DNA from: Azolla caroliniana
Taxonomy: Eukaryota; Plantae; Polypodiophyta
Length of the DNA: 64,000 bases
Assembly (NCBI GenBank): GCA_043228905.1
Contig: JBHGNT010000015.1
Coordinates: 5,146,001-5,210,000, forward strand
Reading direction: 5' to 3'
Positions within the stretch are counted from its first letter, which is position 1, and every line of letters begins with the position of its first letter. Position numbers and translations under genes: made by a program. Positions 1-12,800 of the stretch are shown in pieces. Below the pieces are notes generated by a model. The model was not told where the DNA came from, ran no database searches, and saw only the letters and a program-made list of their open reading frames with translations.

Positions 1-1882
1 CTAGGAATGGTAGCTTCAGCTTCAAGTTATCGAGGGAGATAATGGCCGACACGAATGTTATGGGGATCATGTAGAAGAAGATTGTGAGCGAGACCGTGAA
101 ATAGACTCCCGTTTGTCGAAGGAGCCTTTGTTCAAATGGTATCGCCAGGTTTGTCCAAATCACTTCTCTCGGCTCAGGGGCCACAGAGGTAATCCATTGG
201 TTTGCATAAAGGCTATGCCTAACCTGCAACAATAAATAAAGACCAGGTTACACTAGAACATTAAATCAGACTACTGGTTGAATTTTAAAAGACCAGTTGA
301 TGGCAGAACATGCATTAAGATGCACAAAGCATGAGTTAATTCTTGAGTAAGAATATGTTTGTACCTGAGATGCAGTAGTGGCAGCTGCTCTGCTATTAAA
401 AATGACGATCGCAGCGGCTTTCTGAGTCTTGGAGCTTGCATTAGATCTTCGTTCCTCCTCAAGATCTTCTTCATTCTTCTGCTGTTGTGCTCTGTAGTAA
501 TCAATGGAGTCTACTTGAGGTCCAAAAAGACCTAGAAATCCAGTCCTATGTTTAGGTCTGGTCTTCTTGTCCACAAAGGTTGCCTCCAGATGAGCAAGTG
601 TTTTCTTAGCACTCTGTCCCATTTTCCAGAACATAAAAGCCTGAAATGGTACACACAAGACATACTTTTTCATGGAGCATCGCCAAAGATAGTGGCTAAT
701 GGTTTCTTTGTAAAACGCTTACCCACACAACAACCCTAAACCCTAACGGTGTCTTTTGAAAAGCCATGTTTATTACTAGACTCTAATACAGAGAAAAAAC
801 CTAATGGTTTCTTCTCAGAAAGGAAGAACAGGGGGAGATTATGACTTCCTAATAGATAATACATACCTTGGATCCATATGTGACAACGATGGAGGCCTGA
901 TATGTTCCTGGATGCAGATCTCTGAAGTATTTGTCCACCTCTTCAGCTATGGTGCCCTTGGTAGGGGCAGGGATATCCCTCACCAGAACAGCATATTCCT
1001 CTGGTTTTGCTGTCTGAATGTCAGATTTGTCGTTAATTCTTAAGGTCACAACATGCTTGTAGGTTTTCCAGAGTCTATGCAGAGTGGCTATGGTGAGCCA
1101 GTAAGCTCCAATTACGTAGGCCCACAGACGTAAACTCCTATCCTGTATCAGTCAAAAACCAACAGTTTCAATCCAGCGGTCCTTTCATAAAATTATTTCC
1201 ATTCCGTTTCTCTTTCTGTAGAGTCCTTGTTACGTATATATATATATATATATCATTACCTGCACATTCCCCATGGCGACCTTGTCGAAATCAGTGGACC
1301 CAACCGTCGAATTTTTCTGTTTCTGAAGCTCGAAATTCCGATCGGTTATGGAAACAGGAAGCAGCACGGGCACGCAGAAGACTGCCGTGTACAGGCAAAT
1401 GAAGAAGGCTGAAAGCAATCACAATCATAGAAAAAAGAATAAGAAGTTAATGGAATGAATCGAGCCAGAATGCGACTCTAAATCCAGGAATAACATAAGA
1501 ATGCTCGCAGTATATCGAAGGCCATTAGATTGCACGGGTGGAAAACACAGGCTGGCTTAATACGATTGAAACACTCAGGGATTTCAAGAAATTGACATAG
1601 ATTTTTAGATTTAAATTAGGTACCAGATGCAAGGAACTTCATGTAAATGGCAGCATCCAAGCCGGCCTGCTTGATGATGTCTTCCTCAGTAATAGACCAA
1701 GCTTCGTGTAGCCATGAGAAGATGCCAGAATTGTAAGGAGGAGAGATCTTCTTGGCTTTCTTCCGAGGGTAGTAGATGGGACCATTGGCAGGGCTGCGGG
1801 AGAGCAGGGCATGGAGGGCGAGGAGTGCGAGGAAGATGAGAAAAGAAGTGCTGAGAGAAGTGATGAAGCCTGAGTTATCCAT
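1..1882 (-). CDS. CSC1/OSCA/ERD4-like calcium-permeable channel, 5' part; exons 1882-1624, 1408-1260, 1142-867, 640-365, 223-<1
   Basis: GT-AG bounded exons that keep frame. Family-typical motifs: IYYPRK, EEDIIKQAGLDAAIYMKF, DFDKVAMGNV, PEEYAVLVRDIP, RPKHRTGFLGLFGPQVDSIDYY, WITSVAPEPREVIWTNL. Gene continues past the window start. Confidence 0.9.
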
Positions 1883-3995
1883 GGCAGCTGCAGCAACAAA
1901 AGATCAAGCTTCTCTCATTCAAGAAGAAGAAGATGAAGAAGAAGCAGGAGATTGAGGTCCTGAGCTATGGCTATGGCTATGGCTATAGGATATTTAAGTG
2001 GATGTGTGTTGGTCAATTGCCCATCCTGCCAGTGGCCAGCCAAGAAAGAGTTCAGCGCATTAAATGCCCTGCCGTCCATGTCACGTGGTCAGTTGACATT
2101 TGACCAGGACCCACACGGTCTTGACTCTTGACCTTGACCTTTCCATTGCCGCAGCCATATGGCACTCAATCAAGCAAAACCTTCAAATGGATGTGGGACG
2201 TCTTGTTCACCAAATTAATGGTTAAACTTAAGTGTGGTGGTGCCAGTAGTGACTTGCTCATCCCCAACCTTGGCTCCACTCTAAACACCTAGTCAATTGC
2301 TTATCAACTTGCACTTTCATCGAGGTGTCAATGACGTTCCGATTTCTATGCGGAGGGTTCTTATCCATTTCATTGCTCGCCCACAACTTTCTCCATCTTT
2401 AATTCTCTTCTCATCACTTTTCGTTGTGGTGGTGGTCGTTATTGAATCTCAATCGATTAGTAAATGAGTGTTTCTCCCCGAGATCACTTTGTCGTGATGT
2501 ATCTTTCGGCCTTTAGCGCTCTTTATGTTCGGCTTTTTAATGCACTCACAAGCTGGGCCTATCTACCTGTAGTCAAATGATGGAAGTCTATGAGAAAAGT
2601 TGCACGAAATAGTTAAAAGGAAGAGAATTTATAAATCAATGAATCAATCATTGGATGATCTAAACATAAGATGGCAAATCATGAGCTCATTAACGCCAAT
2701 TAAACCATGACCTCGAATTAATATCATAAACAAAACTGCTAGAGTGATGGTGCTCGAGCAATGTGGAGATCCAGGAAGCATACCGATGCACACTTATAAG
2801 TGGAGAAGAAAGACAATTTGATATCCTTGAAAAACATGGTGATTGAAAATGCATTTCATTTTTACTGCGAGCCCTTAGAATAATTTTGACTTCTTTCAAC
2901 CCTACCTCAAACCATCATCTCCCACAAGCAAGCAAACAAGCTCTATGTTCATCTCATAGTTTTAGTCTCCTAAGCCACATTAGATCCTTTAGATTCGTGA
3001 ATCTCAACGATGTGGCTAAGTGGATGGATCCTACGATCCTACATAGTTGGACCTTTCAAGCGTTTGCTAATTCTAAAACCATTCATTTTGATGGATCATT
3101 TGTTTAATGCTTTGCAACCCACAAACAAAGATGTCACTGTACACTCTTATAGCTTTTGACATAGATTTGGCTTTGTGATTCACAATGGAGATAGTGGTAC
3201 TGGTTTTGATTAGTTGTCAACCTTTGATGGACCACTTTCCATTTCCTTTTGTTGACCATGGAGTCATCAACGTTGCAATAAGCCAACACTCTTGGTTGTG
3301 TTGGCAAACTTCTCCATAATTGAAATTCATTTTTCTTGTAAAGCGACCTCTTCATGTCATGAGATATATCGTGTCATAGATCCTTATCTTGTGGGTATTA
3401 ATTCTTTCTTTCCCGTTCCTCAATTGAGTTTTCTAAATACAAATATGATTCTCAAATGATAAGAGCTATGTGCAAAGTATCTAGCTCAACTTATAAGGGC
3501 AAACCACTAGGACAACTTTGTTAAGGAATCACAAATCCATGAAGGCGATAATGTCGTGATGAGGCGAGCCAAAAGTGAGAGAACTCTATAATAGGTTGAG
3601 GAAAAGAGTGGCTAAAACAAAGTATTAAAGTTCAATAATAGTATAATAACAAAGTGTATGTCAAATGGTATGGATTACCTATTGGAGCAAAAAAGTTAAA
3701 GTATTAAATATTATTAAGGGCGAACAAGAAAATAAAAAGAAAGACTTTTATCTGGTGGAGAGTATTCATTATTCGCCTATTATGGGATTTAGAGAGCTGA
3801 GTTTTAGGGCTTGCTTTAGGGTTTGTGAAAATTTTAGGGTTTTCATATTTTTAATTCAGGTTTAGGGTTTCATATTGTCTCTCTCTATGTCTTAGCAATG
3901 ACAACTTTACTCAAATGTAGTCTTCTTAGAATCCTACATTAACCCACTCTACGTGTTGAAAAGTCATCCTTACATTTTGAGTAGTTATTCGGACA

Positions 3996-5585
3996 ATGGA
4001 TGCTTTGGTCATGGTGTGCTCAGCCCCCTCCCCCTTATGCATCTAATTCTATTAGCCAATCATTGGGAATATGCAAAAAGCTCGTTAGGAAATTGGTATT
4101 GTGTAAAGGAACTTCCACGTATGTACTTAAGGGACAATTATTGCATAGTTGTCCTAAGGTACGTAGTAAGTGATACAAAGTGATCATCACAATGATTAAT
4201 AATTTCCATCATTTAAAAGTAGAAAATAGATTGACAACGAATTGGTTCCTCTCAATATACCATTTTCTTTTAAATTTTCTTTAAATTTCCAACAATAGTG
4301 TACTTACCAATTAAAAAGCATTGGTGACTAGAATAAGAAAAGCACACGAAGTACAACATAGGCTTTGACAAGGTATTATTTGTCCAATGAATATATAAGC
4401 TTTACTTCAAAATTACACTAAAAGGGATGATTTCTAATTACAATGAGAGAGTATATATATCCAACTGATTTGGAGGATGCCTATAAAACTATCCATCGAT
4501 GATGTCTTGGATCATCATGTCTGTTCGATCGTGGCATGCTCGTGTCGAATCCATATGGTCCCATCGCTATCATCCATGGAGATGACAATTGTATCACGCA
4601 CATTCAGACACTTGAAGTCACAAAAAGATCTCCATTTGCCTTTGAGGACATACGATCCATTAGATATCCATAGGCCATGGATGAACGAATACTTGCGACC
4701 GTCACTCTCGTCCCACATTTCAATTTTCACGTCTCGATTCTCCGGGGATGGAGTGTTATGCTTCCCTAGGCACCCTCTCCACTCCTTGGCCATAAGCAGC
4801 CGATCTTGTTGGCACGACACATCGCTGGATGTGAGTTTCTTTCTAAACACTTCGTGCAGCTGCCGCCCGTCGCGAGAGAGCCGCTCGATTGCATTCGCCG
4901 GGTTGGTCACCATGACATTAAGCGTGTTCCGTGAAGGATTAGTGTGTACGCGATTGACGACGAGTGTGCGATCCTGCTTCTTTGCGATGCTCCTCGAAGA
5001 AGATGATAGTCGATGGTTATGCTTCACAGTGGTTTTATGGGGCATATGGGTTTTGATGTTAGAGTGGTTAAGTGCGCTTGGAAGAGTGTGGATGGGACTA
5101 TATATTCTCTGATGATGAATATGATGCAAGCTGGGGAGATTGTAATTAACCATCATATCATTATTTGGGCTCAGATGGAGATTGATCGTCTTGTGATGAT
5201 CATCATCATGACCATCAAGTCTAGCATGATGAGGATGATTATCTGTGGGCTTATTATTATGAGGATGAGGATCATGGTGATTAGCATCATCATGAGGAGG
5301 ATGACCCAAATCAGGGGAAAGAGGGAACAGATGGAGGGCTGCAGGATGACTACTAGTGTCGCTGGCTTCTCTGAGTAATGTTAGTTCTTCATCTATTTTC
5401 ATCATCCTCAGTATTCTCGCCTTCATCATATCTGCGAATCAAAGAAAATCAGAGCCAAGAAACTACTGATTTCAGCTGTAGCTGTTGCTTGATCGGATTT
5501 GTTAATTTTGTTTTGCCTGTGAATCAGAAGAATGAAATGAATGAGGATATGAAGCTTTTCGTCCTGCACCTACGTCGCTGATATA
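3996..5585. repeat. Segmental duplication copy 1 (B3 gene plus flanks); copy 2 = 9427-10677 + 15870-16179
   Basis: Colinear similarity from atggatgctttggtcatggtgtgct (3996 and 9427) to ctacg(c/t)tgctgata. Confidence 0.9.
4515..5429 (-). CDS. Intronless B3 DNA-binding domain protein with His/Asp/Asn-rich N-terminus
   Basis: 304-aa ORF with B3 signature VFRKKLTSSDV...RLLM and SNGSYVLKGKWRSFCDFKCLNVRDTIVI. The true start Met is uncertain. Confidence 0.8.
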   Translation of the reverse strand: MMKARILRMMKIDEELTLLREASDTSSHPAALHLFPLSPDLGHPPHDDANHHDPHPHNNKPTDNHPHHARLDGHDDDHHKTINLHLSPNNDMMVNYNLPSLHHIHHQRIYSPIHTLPSALNHSNIKTHMPHKTTVKHNHRLSSSSRSIAKKQDRTLVVNRVHTNPSRNTLNVMVTNPANAIERLSRDGRQLHEVFRKKLTSSDVSCQQDRLLMAKEWRGCLGKHNTPSPENRDVKIEMWDESDGRKYSFIHGLWISNGSYVLKGKWRSFCDFKCLNVRDTIVISMDDSDGTIWIRHEHATIEQT

Positions 5586-6639
5586 CAGTCGATGAAAACG
5601 CAAAAACGTGAATGGCAGACAACCAAAGGGCTTCAAAGAAAACGCAATTTCTCAAAAAAAAAAAAACGCAAATCCTCTGCTTTTTCTTTTCTGCTTGCGT
5701 TTTTGCGTTCTTGCTGCCATTTGAGATCAATCGTCAAGACAATGTGAAATGGGAAAGGCCACGTTGGCCTCGTGACCCATTCATTGCTTGACACGTGTGT
5801 CCACACGACACACTCCACGTGTTTTCTTTCTTCCGGCCAAAACACATGGCCACGACACCACCTCAATGCCTAACTCATGAACAAGAATTTGATGCATTCT
5901 AAGGGTTTTACCTTAGGGTTAGTAAGGGTCTAAGGTGTGTCTAGGATTTCTGTCTTATTAGGTTTTTGTATCTTGCATTCTCCACATCCCTCGCAAATTT
6001 TCATACTCATTGATTTGGCATGTTAACCTTTCGACTATACTCGTATGCTTGCGGTGTCGTATTCTATACTTGTAGTGTTGTATTCAACATAGAATGTCCA
6101 AATGAAATAATTAGAAAATGTACAAAGATGTTCAGCAAATATTACATAGATGAATTCGCTTATAATTGAAATTTACTTCTCATTCCCCATACAAGGCTAC
6201 AAAGGTGTTTCATCAGACCTCTCTGTACTCGCATCACAAATAGATGGGGCTTGTTCTTGACTTGAATCATACTTACATACAACATTTCTCGAATTTTATA
6301 TACTTTCGAAATTATGTGATCCATGCTTTACATGAATTCATAGAATATAAGATGCTTTAAAGTAAACCCAATAAAATGATAATGAGTTATAGATATAGAT
6401 AACAAGTGTCTTAATGCCTTAAAAAATAAAAATAAGGGTGAAAGAACCCATATATGACTAATATTCCATAAAAAATATGAAACCTAGATAATTTTGAGCA
6501 TTAACAAGTATGAATGCATCCACTAGGGTATTTCCTTTGAATGATGCAAAGAGTCATTTTTCTATTTTCATTATATTTAGGGTCTTTTTCAATACTTAGT
6601 TCATCTATATTATTAGTCCAAGTGACTCTTTGTTGCAAA

Positions 6640-7020
6640 TTGAACACTGATCATCCTAAGCAGGTTCTCTTAGAGCCCTTACACTGGTTACCAATATGAG
6701 TAGTAATGCTCGTAGAGCCCTTACCCTACTTCGCACTCGATCTCACAAGTTAGGTATTGAAGTTGCATCATTGTATCAAAATGTAACTAATTTGAAGACA
6801 TGGAAAGTATGCAATGAAGGCATGGTAGAGGATGAATGTCACTTGCTCTTCACATGCTCAACATATAAGGCAATTTGTTCAAGATATCCTGACATACCAA
6901 GAGGGAGTGATAACTTAAGTGCCATACTTAAGACACCACCGAGAAGGTTGAGCTCATATGTGTATGCTTTATTCACGCATAGAGACTTTGGGCTTCAATG
7001 TATGAATACCCCTTCTTAGG
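6640..7020 (+). mobile_element. Non-LTR retrotransposon (LINE) 3' fragment
   Basis: LRTRSHKLGIEV...C...VEDECHLLFTCSTY resembles the C-terminal zinc-knuckle region of LINE ORF2. Confidence 0.6.
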
Positions 7021-7439
7021 AAGGAGACACATATCAAGAACACATGTATATTCTGGTCCCATAGGTCAAAATTGGCCTCTTTATGGACGATAACAACTCT
7101 AATTCTTTCCATAAAGACTTCCATTAGGGGCAATCCCAAAGATTTAGTTGTTGACAACAATGCATCATTATTATCATCAACATCCCCCTTGGGTGGAAAT
7201 GGAAACTTGGCACAAATGCCTACCCCAAAGTAAGCTTTGTAGAAAATGCAGGGATTTTAGACTACTCTCACACAACAAGATAACATAGAAGAAATAAGGA
7301 AAAATCAGTAGATTAGGAGAAAAGAGCTTATGATTACAAAGAAGTAGAAAGGTTTATATGACCTAATTAAGTATGTTCACATCCAACAATTACTTAATTA
7401 GGCTCATGCTATTCTAACTATTCATACGATACACATTAA

Positions 7440-9420
7440 GTGTAACAAACCCCTCTCAAGTGAATGGTGTAAACTTGAATGTCATCACTATCCATGTGTT
7501 AGAAGGGTCCTAATTCCTTGTGAAAATGTTCAAACTTTTCTCTTGATAGAGCCATTGTAAAAATTTCTACAACATTTTCATAAGTTGGAACATAGGCAGA
7601 GTTTATCTCTTTAGCATGGAACTACTCGCTCACACAATGATAGTACACCTCAATGTGTTTTGATCGTGCATGGAAGACCGGATTCTTGCAATAGCTAAGG
7701 CACTTTGACTATTTGTAAATATACAAGTAGGAGATGGTTGCTCAAGGGACAAATGAGACAATAATCTCCTGAGCCAAACATACTCTATTGTTGTGATGAA
7801 TGTTGCTTTATATTAAGCTTCACAATTTGATGTTGCCATTGTTGGCTACTTCTTTTTGAACCAGGTAACACAGGAATTGCCGATAAAGAAAATATTGCAC
7901 TATGTGAGACACGAGTGCCGTAGTAGTCAGCTGAATCACTATCAATTGAGGTTGTTGGAGTAGATGAATTGCCATCCCAATAGAAGAGGCTGAAATTCAT
8001 AGTGCTTTTGAGGTAACTAAAAACTCGCTTGGCTGCTTGCAATGCTTTGTTCTAGGGTTGTCCATAAACCTACTAAATTGCAAAACTATATATTGAATGT
8101 CAGGTCGTGTGTTGCAGAGGAATATCAAACAACCTACAACTTGATGGTATAAGAGTATATCAATTGGTTCTCCTTTGTCTTGTGGCCCCCTCAACAATAA
8201 TGAATTGAATGTTGAGGTAGTAATGGAGATGACTCAGATTTGTAAGATCAAATGTCTTACTAAATTCAGCTTTGAAATCTACGATTTCTTGCTCAGTAGC
8301 AAATCATCAACATAAAGCACAACAATTAGTAATATTTCTCCATCCTTTCAAACATAAAGAGTCCTTTCGGTTGGATTGTTCACAAAACAGTGTGGAAAAA
8401 TATGAGCATGGATCTTTGCATTGCATGCTGGAGGTGCTTGCTTCAACCCATACAAAGCTGTAAGTAACCCACGAACTTTAGTTTCAACACCTTTAATGAC
8501 AACTCAGAGCTTGCATTACATAAGCCTCGTCTTCTAAATCTCCATTTAAGAAGGTGGTTTTAATGCCTAATTGGTGAACCTCCCATCCTTTATTTGAGGT
8601 TGTGGAAACTGTAGTTCTGATTACAATCATCCTTGAAGTGGGGGCAACAGTTTCCTCTTTTTGGGAACAACCTTTCGCTACAAGTCTTACGTTTAAACCA
8701 TCAAGGCTACCATCCACATTACTCATGACTTTATAAATCCACTTTGTAGCAACTGATTTTCAATCTTTAGGTAGATCCCATAACTACCATCTGTTGTTCT
8801 TGTAGATGGACTCAAGTTCTAATTTCATGGCTTCAAAGAAATGGTCATGTGCTAATGCATCCACAACAGAGAGTGACTCCTCATCACAAATTTCAACAAT
8901 AAGAGCATGATGCCGATAATACATTTCAACTCGTTAATTACATTTTCAAGTTTTACCTTGAAGAGGAGATTAACTTGTTAATTACTTTTTTGGGTTTTAC
9001 CTTGAAGAGGAGATGTGAGTTTCTTGTCCATAATGGTGGTAATCAACCATTTAGGGACTATTATTGCTTGCTTAAAAGAGGCTTGTTCTTCCTCCAATTC
9101 CTTGTCAACATCATGTTGATTAATGACTTGTAAATCATCATTATTATCAACAATATTTGCTTGTTCATTTTCAACCACAATGAATTATTGCAAGAGATCA
9201 ATTTGAGCATTGTTTCATTGCTCTTCATCTTTCTTTGGAGCATGCTCTTGCTAATGCAAAACCTAAAAATTACATCCATGAGGTTGGGTTAGTTGATCAC
9301 CTTCAAAAACAACATTTTGGAGCAATAATAACAAAGTATCAAATGCATTTGGTTGATTACGAATTGTTTCAGCAATCCACAAGTGGTTCAGCTGCATTTT
9401 CAGCAAATATCACATCCCAA
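7440..9420 (-). mobile_element. Degenerate Ty1/Copia RT-RNaseH fragment
   Basis: Broken ORFs with RLVAKG.SQ, WEVHQL.IKT.FLNGDL, NTRPDI, AAKRV..YLK. Confidence 0.85.
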
Positions 9421-9892
9421 CTGATGATGGATGCTTTGGTCATGGTGTGCTTAGCCCCCTCCTCTTATGCATCTAATTCTATTAGCCAATCATTGTGTAT
9501 AGGAATTACCACATACTTAAGGGACAATTACATAGTTGTCCTAAGGTACGCAGTAAGTGATACAAAGTGATCATCACAATGATTAATAATTTCGATCATT
9601 TAAAAGTAGAAAATAGATTGACAACGAATTGGTTCCTCTCAATATCCCATTTTCTTTTAAATTTTCTTTAAATTTCCTAAATAGTGTACTTACCAATTAG
9701 AAAGCATTAGTGACTAGAATAAGAAAAGGACAAGAAGTACAACATGGGCTTTGAGAAGGTGTTGTTTGTCCAATGAGTATATAAGCTTTCCTTCAAAATG
9801 ACATTAAAGGGCCGATTTCTAATTACAGTGAGAGAGTATATAAATCCAACTAATTTGGAGGATGCCTAGATAAAATCATCCATCGATGATGT

Positions 9893-12800
9893 GTTGGATC
9901 ATCCTGTTGGTTCGATTGTGGCGCGCTCATGTCGGATCCATATGGTCCCATCGCTATCATCCATGGAGATGACGATAGTATCGCCCACATTCAAATGTTT
10001 GAAGTCACGAAAAGATCTTCATTTGCCTTTGAGGACATAAGATCCATTAGATTTCCATATGCCATGGATGAGAGAATACTTGGGACCGTCAGTCTCGTCC
10101 CACATGTCGACTTTCACGTTTCGATTCTCCGGGGATGGAGTGTTATGCTTCCCTAGGCACGCTCTCCACTCCTTGGCCATAAGCAGCTGCTCTTGTTGGC
10201 ACGACACATCGCTGGATGTGAGTTTCTTTTTAAACACTTCGTGCAGCTGCCACCCCTCGCGAGAGAGCCGCTCGATTGCATTCGCCGGGTTGGTCATCAT
10301 GACATTAAGCTTGTTCCGTGAAGGATTAGTGTGTACGCGATTGATGACGAGTGTGCGATCCTGCTTCTTTGTGATGCTCCTCGAAGAAGATGATAGTCGA
10401 TGATTATTCTTCATAGTGGTTTTATGGGGCATATGGCTTTTAATGTTAGAGTGGTTAAGTGTGCTTGGAATAGTGTGGATATGACTATATATTCTCTGAT
10501 GATGATCACATTGGCATGATGATGAATATGATTCAAGTTGGTGAGACTGTAATTGACCATCATATTTATTATTTGGGCTCAGATGGAGATTGATCGTTTT
10601 GTGATGATTATCATAATGACCATCACTAGCATGATGAGGATAATTATATGTGGGGTCATGAGGATGAGGTTCATGGTTGTAGAAATTAAGAGATGGAAAG
10701 AGAGGGAGAGAGAGAGGGAGAGAAAGAAACTTTTATTAATGGAGAATTTGTTTCTCTGTCTACAACCAACCGACCACAAAGAGAGAGATTGTGGTGGTTA
10801 TAGGTGCACCCTATTTTTGGGGTGCACCTTTTCATATTTTTTAATATCTTTTCATTGTGTCTATTTTTGTATTTATTTATTGTAACTAATTAGTTTATTA
10901 CAACAGCCTCCCATAAACTAATTAGTATTGAATCGTTGTAATCCTAAATTTTCACAACAAGCTTCAAATTTGTCCGGAGGTAAAGCCTTTGTTAGAAAAT
11001 CTGCCAACATATGTTTTGTCGGGATAAACTCTAAGGTAAGTTTGTTTTCTTCAGCCAACTCTCGTATAAAGTGGTATTTTAAATCCACATGCTTTGTTTT
11101 CTCTGAGTGCTTTGGATTCTTCGTCAAGTAGATACATGATATATTATCGCAGAAGATTTTTAATTGAAGTGGTTCACATAGTTGGAGTTCCTTTAACACT
11201 GTTTGCAACCATAGTCCTTCTTTAGCGGCCAACGCCAGTGCCATGAATTCAGCTTCAGCAGATGAGTGTCATAGATTCTTGTTTTTTCAATTGCCATGTC
11301 ATTGCTGCTCCTGCCATTATAAAAGAAAAACCATTAGTAGATCTTCGAGAATCAACGTCTCCCCCCAATCCGAATCAGACCAACCAACGAGTGATTTGAT
11401 TGGTCTTTTGAATTGGGATCGTTTATATGTTAACCCATAGTTAGATGTGTGTTTTAGATATCGTATAACATGTTGAAGTGATTTCCAGTGCATAAGGCCA
11501 GGGTTATGCATAAAGCGTGAAAGATAATTAATTGCAAAACAAAGGTCAGGGCGAGTTCCTGTGACTAAATATCGAAGTTTTCCTATTAATTGTTTAAAGG
11601 GAAATTGCTTCATAAAATTAATATCTCTTTTTGTGGTTGGACCATCTGATATACTTAAGTTACATGTTAGTAATAAGGGAGTACTACAAGGTTTAATGTT
11701 TAGCATCCCGAAGGATTTCAAAATTTCATTAATGAATTTATTTTGATGAATGATCAAAGTGCCCATACTACGATTATGTGTAACTTGCATGCATAGGAAA
11801 TAAGATAGGGGACCTCAATCTATTATTGAAAATGCTTTGAAAAGTTCTAGCTTTGCTTGAGTAATTTCGGATGGTGTTCCAACTATAGGAATGCCATCTA
11901 CATATAGTGCTACCACTAACAACCGATTAGATGTATAATTATGTCTAATGTATATATTTGGTTTTGATAACAACCTAGAGTAGCCATGTGAGAGCATAAA
12001 ATTGTTAAATTTTTGAAACCATAATCTAGAAGATTGTTTGAGTCCATAAAGTGATCGATGTAGTCGACAAACATAGTTTGGTTGAGAGTGTGACTCAAGC
12101 CCAGGAGGTTGTGACATGTAGATTTCTTTTGGTAAATCACCATGTAGAAATGTCGTTTGTACATCCAAGTTATGTACCTCGAGCTCAAGAATGGTGGCCA
12201 GAGCCATTAGGAGTCGAAACAATGCCATGCAGAGAACGGGTGAGAATGTCTCAGAATAATCAAGTCCTTTGACTTGAGAAAAACCACGAGCTACAAGTTG
12301 AGCTTGGTAACGTGCAACAGTACCATCAGGGTTTAGTTTTCTCTTCAACACCCATTTGCATGAAATAGGTGAGCGTTCAGTTGGGAGTGGTACTAGAGTC
12401 CATGTTTTGTTGGCATCAAGAGATTCAAGTTCTTTTTCCATGGCCGTTTGCCATTCAACACGATCTGGACTTTGCAATGCCTTATTGATAGTTAAGGGAT
12501 CATTAGAGACGTCTGATGTGGTTGAGGGGGAACCAAGTGCCGAAAATGCAAAATCAGTTTCAAATTGATGGTCCGCAACAAGGGCATCTATTTTGTTTGT
12601 GTGCTCATAGAGATCTTGAATAGTATGAACTTTCTTTGGAGTGGATGTAGGGCTAAGTGAACTAGGTGATTTCGCAATGTCAGAACTATTTGTATGTTCT
12701 TCATATTGGTTAGTGGAATATGAAGTATTTCTACATCCTATTTTAATTCCTTTTGCATCCTTGTGGCCAATGGTTTTATCCTTGCCATTAAGGTGTGAGG

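Noticed and set aside
3780-3875. Scattered TTTAGGG units as an interstitial telomere
   Set aside because: Few and non-contiguous; more like telo-box or TE-derived sequence
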